Notes: generated by a model not told the origin, from the letters alone. Numbered from the stretch's first letter, positions 1 to 8,449 are shown. The stretch: 64,000 nucleotides of DNA from an uncultured bacterium (GCA_938002815.1 CALKZT010000034.1:30988-94987); one strand, 5' to 3'. Translations and numbers: made by a program.

Positions 1-9
1 GAGGTAAGA

Positions 10-276
10 ATGATCGGAAAATATCTTGGGGCACTTCTGCCAACGATATTTGGTTTTTATGGGCTTATTAACCTTTTTGGAGAATACACACACGCAATAG
101 CACTCCAGTATGTTGCACAGATGGCATTGGTGCTCTATCCTCCCTTTGTTGTATTTGCCGTATTTCATCAACGTTATATTCAGAAACAGGCAGGATTATT
201 ATTGAGAAGATTGAAGGCGTCATCATGCCAGATAATGGAACTCGATAAAAGGTTGGTTAGTTTGAATGATCGATAG
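10..276 (+). CDS. hypothetical small membrane protein (88 aa)
   Basis: ORF with an SD-like gaggt just upstream of the ATG. Two hydrophobic segments (LGALLPTIFGFYGLINLF; MALVLYPPFVVFAVF). No family recognised. Confidence 0.35.
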   Translation: MIGKYLGALLPTIFGFYGLINLFGEYTHAIALQYVAQMALVLYPPFVVFAVFHQRYIQKQAGLLLRRLKASSCQIMELDKRLVSLNDR

Positions 277-291
277 AATAAATGAGGAACT

Positions 292-822
292 ATGAAAAGT
301 CATTTGAGTATTGCCAAATTTGTAAAAATATTCTGTTTATCCATGGTGTTCGTTGTTTTATGTGTTCTACTGGAGGGGGTAAACGCCATGGCCGAAACAA
401 AAGAACAGGCAACAGTAGTGGGAGAAGTGGAAGATGTTGTCCTATTTCCCTGGAAGATAAAATTGCCGGCGCGCATCGATACCGGAGCCGGCATGTCCTG
501 TCTTGACGCACGGGACATTCGTATCGAGGGCAATATGGTTGAATTCCGTTTGCCGGAAAAGTATGGCGGAGCACTTCTCCGTTTACCCATGAAAGGCCAG
601 AAGAATGTCAAATCCGCTCAAGGCCCTATGAAAAGAGTCACCGTGGAGATTGAGATATGTATCGGTTCAAAACGATTTCTTACCACGGTAAACCTTACCG
701 ATCGCTCTGGTATGAACTATCCGTTCCTCGTGGGACGCAATCTTCTCGCCCACGGTTTCATTGTTGATGTATCCCGGTCTCATCTCCTGTCTCCAACGTG
801 CCTTACGGTATCATCAGAATGA
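292..822 (+). CDS. secreted retropepsin-like aspartic protease domain protein (family often annotated 'putative ATP-dependent zinc protease', RimB-like)
   Basis: 176 aa. Signal-like N-terminus (IFCLSMVFVVLCVLLEGVNAMA). Aspartic protease signature ARIDTGAGMSCLDA. aggaa SD before the ATG. Confidence 0.7.
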   Translation: MKSHLSIAKFVKIFCLSMVFVVLCVLLEGVNAMAETKEQATVVGEVEDVVLFPWKIKLPARIDTGAGMSCLDARDIRIEGNMVEFRLPEKYGGALLRLPMKGQKNVKSAQGPMKRVTVEIEICIGSKRFLTTVNLTDRSGMNYPFLVGRNLLAHGFIVDVSRSHLLSPTCLTVSSE

Positions 823-2348
823 AAGTGAAACACCCTGCAACCATATTGGCGTTTGTACTCTTTGCGCTGACAATCTCTATCGTTATGTACCGTATCATCT
901 GGCTCAAATATCCTATTCTTCCAACTGTACCAGGTCAGGTATGGCAACTCTCCTTCGAGGCCAGCATACAGCCTGAGGAGCGCGAAATTGAGGCAGCCAT
1001 AGCGCTCCCCACCGAACAAGCCGGGAGAGTTATTGCTGAAGAACGGATTACCTCTGATACACTGAGTTTTAACCTTTTTCAGGAAGGAGCGAACCGTATC
1101 GGGCTCTGGTCGGGAATGTCCGATAAAGAGGCGGCAATCATCACCTATAAAAGCACCCTCCTTTTGAGGCCCAGACGCTTTCCCGCATCCCAGAACCCCA
1201 CCCTATCAACAGACATGCCTGAAATAGGCCGGGAAGAAACGGCATTTATTGAACGTTTAGGCGAAAAATGGAAAACGCTCGATCCACAGCAACGACTCAA
1301 GGAGGTTTCCTCTGTTGCCGGAGGGAGACAAGAAGCAGGCGGCGTGAGTAGAGAAGACATGGAGGCATGGAATAAACTCAAAGACAAGCACGGAGAATCG
1401 GGTGCAATGCTTATTCTCTTAAAGGCAGCTGGTCTTCCCGCGCGGTCTGTTTCAGGTCTTTTGCTCGTAAGGGGAATACAAACATCTCCTACAATCTGGG
1501 TGGAAGCCTGGGATGGACAACAATGGCGCGACTTAGACCCACGCACCGGACAGATCTATGGTGATAAATCAGCGCTCCTTGCGCTCACTACAGCAGGAAC
1601 TCCGATAGTCCATGTAACAAAGGGACACATTCTGGATACCCGCTGGAGCCTTGAGAGACAGATTATGAGCAAATGGCGTCTACATTTCGAGCGTATCAAA
1701 AGGTCGCAGCATATCCTTGACCGATGGTCGTTCTTCTCCATTCCCGAAGAATTCCAGAATTTACTTCGAGTTCTTTTCCTTGTTCCGCTGAGCGCCCTTA
1801 TGATCTGCCTTTTGCGTAACGTTATTGGGTTTCCCACCTTCGGGATATTCATGCCTGTACTCCTTGCCCTTGCGTTCAGAAGCACTGGGCTTATGTATGG
1901 CATAGGTATTTTCGCAAGTCTGGTATTGATAGGGTACACAGCTAGGCGGGGCCTTGACAGGTTTCGTCTTCTCCTTGTGCCCCGGCTCTCAGTACTCCTC
2001 ACGCTTGTTATAGTCTGTTTCGGCCTGTTTACCTTGATCGGCGGGAAACTGAGTCTGCGTGCATTGATGGGCGTTGGGCTTCTTCCCATCGTAATCCTTA
2101 CTATGAGTATCGAGAGGTTCTTCATCCTTATTGAGGAATCCGGCATCGGCGAGGCGCTCAAAACCGCTTTAGGGACGGTCGCCGTTGCGGTAATTACCTT
2201 CTTTGTCATTCAGTGGGAACCGATTCAACTTACCTTCTTTGTCTATCCTGAGCTTCTTTTTGCCGTTGCCGGGGTTCAGGTTCTCCTTGGTCGGTATACA
2301 GGCTACAGGTTGTCTGAAGTGATTCGTTTTAGGGTGCTTACGGGGTAA
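819..2348 (+). CDS. membrane protein: inactive transglutaminase-like extracytoplasmic domain fused to about 7 TM helices
   Basis: N-terminal TM (ATILAFVLFALTISIVMY). Transglutaminase-like core GESGAMLILLKAAGLPARSVSG...TIWVEAWDGQQWRDLDP, with Ser and Ile where the catalytic Cys and His normally sit. C-terminal third is multi-TM. ATG 819 overlaps the upstream stop (ATGA); an alternative GTG start is at 798. Confidence 0.7.
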   Translation: MKVKHPATILAFVLFALTISIVMYRIIWLKYPILPTVPGQVWQLSFEASIQPEEREIEAAIALPTEQAGRVIAEERITSDTLSFNLFQEGANRIGLWSGMSDKEAAIITYKSTLLLRPRRFPASQNPTLSTDMPEIGREETAFIERLGEKWKTLDPQQRLKEVSSVAGGRQEAGGVSREDMEAWNKLKDKHGESGAMLILLKAAGLPARSVSGLLLVRGIQTSPTIWVEAWDGQQWRDLDPRTGQIYGDKSALLALTTAGTPIVHVTKGHILDTRWSLERQIMSKWRLHFERIKRSQHILDRWSFFSIPEEFQNLLRVLFLVPLSALMICLLRNVIGFPTFGIFMPVLLALAFRSTGLMYGIGIFASLVLIGYTARRGLDRFRLLLVPRLSVLLTLVIVCFGLFTLIGGKLSLRALMGVGLLPIVILTMSIERFFILIEESGIGEALKTALGTVAVAVITFFVIQWEPIQLTFFVYPELLFAVAGVQVLLGRYTGYRLSEVIRFRVLTG

Positions 2349-2353
2349 ATTGT

Positions 2354-3304
2354 ATGAAATTCCAGATATTTCAAGGAATGGATGATATAGGTATCCTTGG
2401 CATGAACCGCCGAAATGCCGAATACATCATGCGATATAATGCACGAGCACGTTTTCCCCTTGTGGATAATAAGGTTCTGACCAAAAAGCTTGCACAAAAA
2501 TTCAATGTTCCTACCCCCGAAATCTATTACGTGATCGAGCATCACGGCGATATGGCGGAACTCGATAAAGCCCTCGAAGACCATAAAGAATTCGCCCTTA
2601 AACCCGCCCGTGGTTCAGGTGGGAGCGGGATTATCTTGTTTGTAGATAGGAAAAAAGAAGGATTTGTAAGACAGAGTGGTGCAACGATGTCCAGAGAGGA
2701 GTTCAATTATCATATATCAGGCATATTGTCTGGGATATATTCCCTTGGAGGACAGGAGGACGTAGCAATAGTAGAATCCCTCATCCATCCTGCAGAGCTC
2801 TTTGCGGAGGTAACCTACAGGGGCGTTCCCGACATAAGGATAATCGTTTACCGTGGCTTTCCTGTCATGGCCATGATCCGGCTGCCTACACGAGCATCAG
2901 ACGGTAAAGCGAATATACACGCTGGCGCAATCGGTGCAGGTATTGATATAAAGACAGGTGTAACCCTTACTGCTGTTCATCGCTCAAAGGTAATCACACA
3001 TCATCCTGATACAGGTAACACCATAGTGGGAATAAACATTCCTTACTGGGATAGCATGCTCGTTGTAGCATCAAAGGCATATGAAATGACGGGTCTCGGA
3101 TACATAGGAGTCGATCTGGTGATAGACATTAACAGGGGCCCACTTCTTCTTGAACTTAACGCCCGTCCAGGTCTTCAGATACAGATAGCAAACAACTCAG
3201 GTCTTCTGAAAAGGCTCCGGTCAGTGGATGATGCATTCTCCGACAGCAATTTGGAGCCAGAAGAAAGGGTTATGTGGGTAAAAGAAAGTTTCAAAATAAC
3301 TTGA
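2354..3304 (+). CDS. alpha-L-glutamate ligase-related ATP-grasp protein (RimK family)
   Basis: 316 aa. ATP-grasp-type segments (LKPARGSGGSGI; IGVDLVIDINRGPLLLELNARPGL). N-terminus GILGMNRRNAEYI as I recall for the RimK-related ligase subfamily. 5-nt gap from the upstream gene. Confidence 0.8.
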   Translation: MKFQIFQGMDDIGILGMNRRNAEYIMRYNARARFPLVDNKVLTKKLAQKFNVPTPEIYYVIEHHGDMAELDKALEDHKEFALKPARGSGGSGIILFVDRKKEGFVRQSGATMSREEFNYHISGILSGIYSLGGQEDVAIVESLIHPAELFAEVTYRGVPDIRIIVYRGFPVMAMIRLPTRASDGKANIHAGAIGAGIDIKTGVTLTAVHRSKVITHHPDTGNTIVGINIPYWDSMLVVASKAYEMTGLGYIGVDLVIDINRGPLLLELNARPGLQIQIANNSGLLKRLRSVDDAFSDSNLEPEERVMWVKESFKIT

Positions 3305-3317
3305 GGAGGTATTTATT

Positions 3318-3542
3318 ATGTGGTGGTTTTATGGTCCCATTCGATGGAATTTTTGGTTTATTCCGCCAATTATGTGGTTTCTGTTCGTATTCATAATAGC
3401 CTTTGTTTTCTATCAGCTACTCAAGAGAAGGTATCCAAAATGGACACAGGCCGAAATAGAGGCGCTGAAGATGGAGATAAAATCCATAAAGGAAGAGATT
3501 GAAGAAATAAAAAGGTTAGGAGGTTCCCATGGCACTCGTTAA
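3318..3542 (+). CDS. small single-TM protein with charged helical tail (74 aa)
   Basis: Strong SD (gaggagg) 8 nt before the ATG. Trp/Phe-rich TM (FWFIPPIMWFLFVFIIAFVFY), then EIEALKMEIKSIKEEIEEIKRL. Overlaps the next gene by 14 nt. Confidence 0.5.
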   Translation: MWWFYGPIRWNFWFIPPIMWFLFVFIIAFVFYQLLKRRYPKWTQAEIEALKMEIKSIKEEIEEIKRLGGSHGTR

Positions 3543-4242
3543 GGCAGAAAAAATCGTAAAGGTTTATAAGATAGGGGAAGTTCTGATAAACTCAATAAAC
3601 GGTGTAAGCTTCGAAATAGAAGAGGCCTCGTTCGTATCCTTTGTAGGGCCATCAGGTAGTGGCAAGACAACCCTATTAAATCTCATTGGTTGCCTCGATA
3701 GTCCCACTGAAGGGAATCTTTTTGTAGCCGGTGAGGATGTAAATGAACTGGACAGAAGACAACGTGCCTTATTCAGGGGTAAGAATATTGGTTTCATATT
3801 CCAGGACTTCAATCTCATACCGGTCCTTACCGTCTATGAGAATGTAGAATACCCCCTGATTATGGTCAAAAATGTTTCCACTAAAGAGAGGGAGGAGAGG
3901 ACAATGAAACTACTCGATGCCGTGGGTATGCTAGAGCAGAAAGATAAATACCCCGATCAAATCTCCGGGGGCCAGAAGCAAAGGGTTGCAGTTGCACGCG
4001 CCCTTGTGACAAACCCGAAACTTGTCCTTGCAGATGAGCCTACTGCTAACCTCGACCATAAGACCGCATACACAGTCATTGAATTGATGAAAAGGATGAA
4101 GGCAGAGTTCAATACCACTTTCATCTTCTCAACCCATGACCCAAAAATTGTGGAAGCGGCAGAGGTTATATATACCTTGGAGGACGGAGAGATTGTGGAC
4201 AGACATGTGAAAGGAGTAAATAGCAATGGCAAATCTCTTTAA
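3529..4242 (+). CDS. ABC transporter ATP-binding protein (MacB/LolD type)
   Basis: Walker A GPSGSGKTT, signature ISGGQKQRVAVARAL, Walker B LVLADEPTANLD. SD aggagg upstream. Confidence 0.9.
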   Translation: MALVKAEKIVKVYKIGEVLINSINGVSFEIEEASFVSFVGPSGSGKTTLLNLIGCLDSPTEGNLFVAGEDVNELDRRQRALFRGKNIGFIFQDFNLIPVLTVYENVEYPLIMVKNVSTKEREERTMKLLDAVGMLEQKDKYPDQISGGQKQRVAVARALVTNPKLVLADEPTANLDHKTAYTVIELMKRMKAEFNTTFIFSTHDPKIVEAAEVIYTLEDGEIVDRHVKGVNSNGKSL

Positions 4243-5464
4243 AATAGCCATACGCAATCTCGCGCGTTACCGGAGGAGGACCATCCTCACTTCGTCGCTC
4301 ATCGCCATCGGTGTCATTTTTGTTCTCCTTTTCGTGGGTGTATCTGGTTCTTTTAAGAACATGATGATAGGCCAGATGACAGACTCCATGCTTGGCCACA
4401 TCCAGGTTCACAGAAAGGGATATATGGCATCCATCGATAACCTCCCCCTCACCATGAACATGAAACCACAGGCGGTGAAAAAACTTGAAAAGGTGTTTCA
4501 GGACATCCCTGATGTAGAATCATATTCGCCGAGGATCAAATTCGGAGGTATGTTGAGCACCTTTACCGAAACGACAAACATCAGGCTAAATGGGGTATAT
4601 CCTGAGAAAGAGATGAAGACACTGCCTCTATTGGCATCAAGGATTTCAAACGGCGGGAAAGAGATTAGAAAGGGAGAAATCATTATCCCTGAACTTCTCT
4701 CCAGGGGAATGAAGATAAACGTAGGTGACATCGTGGTGGTGATCGCCACAAATAAGGACGGCTCGGTAAACGGAAAACAGCTCAAGGTGAGTGGAATAAT
4801 CGAGAGCGTAACAGGTCCAGGCGGGAGAGATGGCTACGTACATATTGAAGATGCCATGGAAATATTAAGAATGGAGGAGATGGAGATCAGCGAGATAGCC
4901 GTAAGGCTCAGAGATTTCGGTAAGCTCCACTCAGTCTATAACACACTTAACACTCTACTTTCAGGGGAGTTGAATAAGCAGGGCAAGCCTGCCTTCGAGG
5001 TCCATACGTGGGAAAGTTTGTCACCTTTTTACAATATCGCAAGGAGCATCGACTTCATGACTATTTTCATCAAGGCCATGCTTACTGCCATTGTCCTCAT
5101 CAGCGTCATGAACGTGATGATCATGGCGGTCTATGAGAGGATCAGAGAGATAGGCACAATAGCCGCAATCGGCACCATGCCAGGGAAAATCCTCTCCATG
5201 TTCGTGACAGAGGGGGTTCTGCTCGGCATCATAGGTGCCATAGCGGGAAATATCATTGGCACCGGTCTTGTGTATCTATTGAAGGTTGTAAAGATAACAT
5301 TCAACTTTGGAAGGCAGTCAGGCCTTGTTTTGTCTCCTTATGTAACGTTATATGACATTGTGATGATATCCTTGATCGTTACTATAGTGGCTGTTATAGG
5401 TAGCTTACAGCCAGCGTTCAAGGCATCTAGGATGGAGCCTATAAAGGCCCTGAGACATGTTTAA
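4226..5464 (+). CDS. ABC transporter permease, FtsX/MacB-LolCE type
   Basis: 412 aa. One N-terminal TM, about 230-aa extracytoplasmic domain, three C-terminal TMs. C-terminal PAFKASRMEPIKALR is typical of the family. 17-nt overlap with the ATPase gene. Confidence 0.85.
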   Translation: MANLFKIAIRNLARYRRRTILTSSLIAIGVIFVLLFVGVSGSFKNMMIGQMTDSMLGHIQVHRKGYMASIDNLPLTMNMKPQAVKKLEKVFQDIPDVESYSPRIKFGGMLSTFTETTNIRLNGVYPEKEMKTLPLLASRISNGGKEIRKGEIIIPELLSRGMKINVGDIVVVIATNKDGSVNGKQLKVSGIIESVTGPGGRDGYVHIEDAMEILRMEEMEISEIAVRLRDFGKLHSVYNTLNTLLSGELNKQGKPAFEVHTWESLSPFYNIARSIDFMTIFIKAMLTAIVLISVMNVMIMAVYERIREIGTIAAIGTMPGKILSMFVTEGVLLGIIGAIAGNIIGTGLVYLLKVVKITFNFGRQSGLVLSPYVTLYDIVMISLIVTIVAVIGSLQPAFKASRMEPIKALRHV

Positions 5465-5489
5465 TTAAGCTGAAAGGAGATATGAAACG

Positions 5490-6218
5490 ATGAAAAAGAT
5501 CTTGATTGTTTTACTTATGATCTTTGTTGCCATTCCTGCTTATGCTATAGATGCCATACAGCTTTTGAAAGAGATTGATAGAAATCTGAATCCTGAATCT
5601 TATGAACTCTATAGAAAACTCATTAATATTGAGCCCGATGGAAGGAAAAAGGAATATGTACTATTCACAGCAAAAAAAGATAAGGATAAAGTGGCAGCAC
5701 TTTTTATCTCTCCTGCAAGCGATAAGGGAAGAAGCACCTTAAGGCTTGGCGACAATATGTGGCTGTATATCCCTAATGTAGGTAAGCCTGTCAGGATTAC
5801 GAGCCTTCAGTCTGTTGTTGGCGGCATTTTTAATAATTCAGACATAATGCAGCTCGACTATTCAGATGAATACGATGTTGAAAAATTTGAAGACTTAAAA
5901 GATCAGTACCTTCTCTATCTGAAGGCAAAAACAAAGGCAGTGGCTTATGATAGAGTGAACCTATGGGCAGATAAAAATACAAAGACACCTGTCAAAATAG
6001 AATGCCAGACAGAGGCAGGGATGCTCATAAAGACATTGTATTTTAAAGAGATAAAGGATTTTGGTGATGGCATAGTAAGGCCCTCTGTCATCGAAACAGA
6101 TAGTCCTCTATATAAGGGCTATAAGTCCATTATAATAATTGCGGGAATCAAAAAGAGGACATTTAGTGACGAAGTCTTTACACTTACTTTTATGCCAAAG
6201 ATGGAAACTTTAAGATAA
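5490..6218 (+). CDS. periplasmic LolA-like outer-membrane lipoprotein-sorting family protein
   Basis: Signal peptide MKKILIVLLMIFVAIPAYA. Core GDNMWLYIPNVGKPVRITSLQSVVGGIFNNSDI resembles the LolA_like family as I recall it. Confidence 0.65.
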   Translation: MKKILIVLLMIFVAIPAYAIDAIQLLKEIDRNLNPESYELYRKLINIEPDGRKKEYVLFTAKKDKDKVAALFISPASDKGRSTLRLGDNMWLYIPNVGKPVRITSLQSVVGGIFNNSDIMQLDYSDEYDVEKFEDLKDQYLLYLKAKTKAVAYDRVNLWADKNTKTPVKIECQTEAGMLIKTLYFKEIKDFGDGIVRPSVIETDSPLYKGYKSIIIIAGIKKRTFSDEVFTLTFMPKMETLR

Positions 6219-6228
6219 AGAGTGTTCA

Positions 6229-7575
6229 ATGGGCAAGGCTCCAAATTTATGGTTCAAAAGATTTTTTTGCATGTGGTTACCTTGTCTTATGCTTATTCTT
6301 ATCTACTATTCCTTATTCGCTATTCATTTGTCATTTTGTGAGGAATACAAATTTGATGTCTCAGAGATTGAAAAAAAACCTTATCACATAGGGGGTTATC
6401 TTGAATTCTATCCGATTCTCTTTGGCCTTGATAAGACATCTGCCCTCTACAAACTCAATTTTTATGATCGGGATAAAGAAAGCACCACAGAACAATACAA
6501 TGGCACACTTCAGCTGGAAGCTAGCCTGGAGAAAGGCATATCAAAGCTTTATGTAAAGACCTATACGAATTATCTCAATTCCTATCAATACGAAACGACC
6601 AAGTTCAAGATCTTCGAAGGTAATCTCTCCGTCAAGCCCTCCTCATCCTGGATATTTGAAACAGGAAAAAAAACCATGAGCTGGGGCAAGGGGTATGCCT
6701 GGAATCCCGCAGCCTTTCTCGACAGAACAAAGGATCCCAACGACCCCGAGCTTTCCCGCGAGGGATTCATCCTTGCATCTATGGATTTTACTAAGAGCTT
6801 CGCAGGGGGCAATTTAAAGACATTTTCATTTACACCTGTGGTTATTCCTGCTTATTCAGGGGTCAATGATGATTTTGGCGAGGTGGGCCATCTGAATTTT
6901 GCATCAAAGTTTTACTTTCTCTTCCATGACACGGACATTGATTTTATGTTACTAACGGGTGGCAGCAGGACAACACGCTATGGGATAGACCTTTCAAAAA
7001 ATATCTTGACGAACCTGGAGGTGCACGGTGAATGCTCCTTGATAAATGGCTACAAGAAAACCAAAGTTGACAGTAGCGGGAACACATCTCAGTCAACCTA
7101 TAATGCCTTCAACTACCTCGTTGGATTAAGGTATCTCTCACAAAAAGATACCACCTTCATCCTTGAATATTACCATAACGGCACAGGCTACACTCCTAAT
7201 GAGATGCGAGACTATTTCTCTTTCATTGAGAAAGCCTATGAGATCTATAATGCAACAGGGAATCCAGGCATGCTGAATAAGGCAACCAATTTCGCCCAGA
7301 ATATCTATGGCCGGGCAAACCCAGGAAAAAATTATCTATATCTCAGAATTCTTCAAAAAGATCCATTTGACATCCTGTACGTAACACCAGCTATCACTAT
7401 GCTTGCAAATTCAGACGATAAAAGCTTTTCTCTCATGCCTGAAATTGTATATACCGGTATTACAAACTTTGAATTCCGTCTGAGAGGAGGACCTATTGTA
7501 GGAAAAAGTGGAAGCGAATATGGCGAAAAACAGAACGATTACAGGATAGACTTCAGGATAAGATATTATTTTTAA
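6229..7575 (+). CDS. putative outer-membrane beta-barrel protein, unknown family (448 aa)
   Basis: Hydrophobic N-terminus. Tyr/Gly/Asn/Thr-rich alternating composition. C-terminal RIDFRIRYYF ends in an aromatic residue, as OMP beta-signals do. No named family recognised. Confidence 0.45.
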   Translation: MGKAPNLWFKRFFCMWLPCLMLILIYYSLFAIHLSFCEEYKFDVSEIEKKPYHIGGYLEFYPILFGLDKTSALYKLNFYDRDKESTTEQYNGTLQLEASLEKGISKLYVKTYTNYLNSYQYETTKFKIFEGNLSVKPSSSWIFETGKKTMSWGKGYAWNPAAFLDRTKDPNDPELSREGFILASMDFTKSFAGGNLKTFSFTPVVIPAYSGVNDDFGEVGHLNFASKFYFLFHDTDIDFMLLTGGSRTTRYGIDLSKNILTNLEVHGECSLINGYKKTKVDSSGNTSQSTYNAFNYLVGLRYLSQKDTTFILEYYHNGTGYTPNEMRDYFSFIEKAYEIYNATGNPGMLNKATNFAQNIYGRANPGKNYLYLRILQKDPFDILYVTPAITMLANSDDKSFSLMPEIVYTGITNFEFRLRGGPIVGKSGSEYGEKQNDYRIDFRIRYYF

Positions 7576-7979
7576 TGAAAGCAATGATGAGAGAGGCAGG
7601 TTGAAAATCGTTTTGTTGCAGGTATTGACAGAAGGGGCCAGACAGTTCGTTAATGTAGCGGCCAATGGCATTCAGAGCGACCTCATTGGGGATGATGTGT
7701 TCATAATAATTGCGTTGCCAAAAGGGGTGGGCCGGGGGTGCGGGGCAATTTGTCAATGTGTTTGGTAACAGCGGATTTGAATTGGCCGATGATGGCGCCG
7801 ATGGATTGCGGCGCGGGGCCGCGCGGTGTTGTAGGGGCGACCCGGCAGGTCGCCCCTACCCCGACATCGCCCATAATCCAAATAATCCCGTGGATGTGAT
7901 TGGGCATCACCACGAATTCATCATCCCGCAATTGCACATACGCGACCTCGCCGAACAAATGGGCGCGGTCGTGGGTGCA
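7553..7979 (-). pseudogene. decayed RAYT / IS200-like (HUH Y1) transposase gene, frameshifted and internally shortened
   Basis: HUH motif region DEFVVMPNHIHGII and GAIIGQFKSAVTKHI lie in one frame. The C-terminal signature FWQRNYYEHII lies in another frame (7553-7756). The frame break is near the G/C run at about 7731-7747. The segment normally between LFGEV and the HUH motif is missing. Confidence 0.6.
7831..7859. repeat. perfect 12-bp-stem palindrome, REP-like (gtaggggcgacc cggca ggtcgcccctac)
   Basis: Read directly. 7831-7842 is the reverse complement of 7848-7859. Lies inside the RAYT remnant. Confidence 0.9.
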
Positions 7980-8128
7980 CAGGGATCCGAAGAGATCGCC
8001 CAGGGCACGGCCATAGGCCTCCTCTGCCTGGATCCGCCGATCCAGGGATCCCAGGATGTGGGCAATTTTCCGTTTCGCCCAATGACAAGCAGGCGCGCCG
8101 CTTCTTCCTTGGTGATGACGGCAAGGAT

Positions 8129-8152
8129 GGGCACGGCATGCCGTTCCCCTAC
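8129..8152. repeat. imperfect palindrome, REP-like (gggcacggcatgccgttcccctac)
   Basis: Read directly. 10-bp arms around the gcatgc centre with one mismatch (8132/8145). Shares the cccctac flank with the 7831-7859 unit. Confidence 0.8.
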
Positions 8153-8309
8153 AACCTCGACCATCCGACTTGGGTGGAAGGAACATTAAGATCCCGGGCA
8201 TCCATCAGATAAGCTGGTTTTTCCAAAATTGCCCCCGGATCCCGATCCCGCTCACTTTTTATCAGTATTTGAGATCGTGGCAAGGCCAAGAGGCCCCCCT
8301 ATTCCCCTC

Positions 8310-8356
8310 TCCACCTACGAAGGCTGCACCTACGAGGTGGACACTTCGTAGAGGAG
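8310..8356. repeat. nested direct/inverted repeat cluster built on ctacgaag
   Basis: Direct copies cacctacgaagg (8312-8323) and cacctacgagg (8327-8337). Inverted copy cttcgtag (8344-8351). 7-bp hairpin 8310-8316/8335-8341. Confidence 0.8.
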
Positions 8357-8420
8357 GTTTTGGTAAAAGATAGGAAGGAGCTCTGGCGCTTAGAAACTTT
8401 TTTAAGTCTTTACTTGTCCA

Positions 8421-8449
8421 TTGACAGCCCTATACTTTCGGGGTATTAT
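8421..8449 (+). promoter_or_regulatory. sigma70-type promoter for tRNA-Arg
   Basis: TTGACA (8421-8426), 17-nt spacer, TATTAT (8444-8449). The -10 ends 12 nt before the mature tRNA 5' end. Confidence 0.6.

Noticed and set aside
1556-2209. Long ORFs antisense or out of frame within strongly supported genes. Examples: 1556-2209(-), 11374-11994(+), 37117-37665(-), 40152-40832(-), 47464-47970(-), 52272-52727(+), 55558-56127(-), 58523-58966(-), 61879-62421(-).
   Set aside because: Each lies entirely inside a gene with clear family motifs on the other strand or frame. They have Ser/Pro/Arg/Leu-rich low-complexity translations, no SDs and no recognisable motifs. They are typical shadow ORFs.
6371-6673. 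Two A8 homopolymer tracts (6371-6378, 6666-6673) in the outer-membrane barrel gene, considered as phase-variation switches.
   Set aside because: Equal-length tracts occur in housekeeping genes here (T8 at 19365-19372 in yidC; T8 at 62881-62888 in the mrpC-like gene). They are therefore not distinctive, and the reading frame is intact.
7710-8189. 159-aa plus-strand ORF across the GC-rich patch.
   Set aside because: It is antisense to the recognisable RAYT and HsdS-like remnants. Its Gly/Arg/Ala-rich translation is typical of GC-rich non-coding frames.
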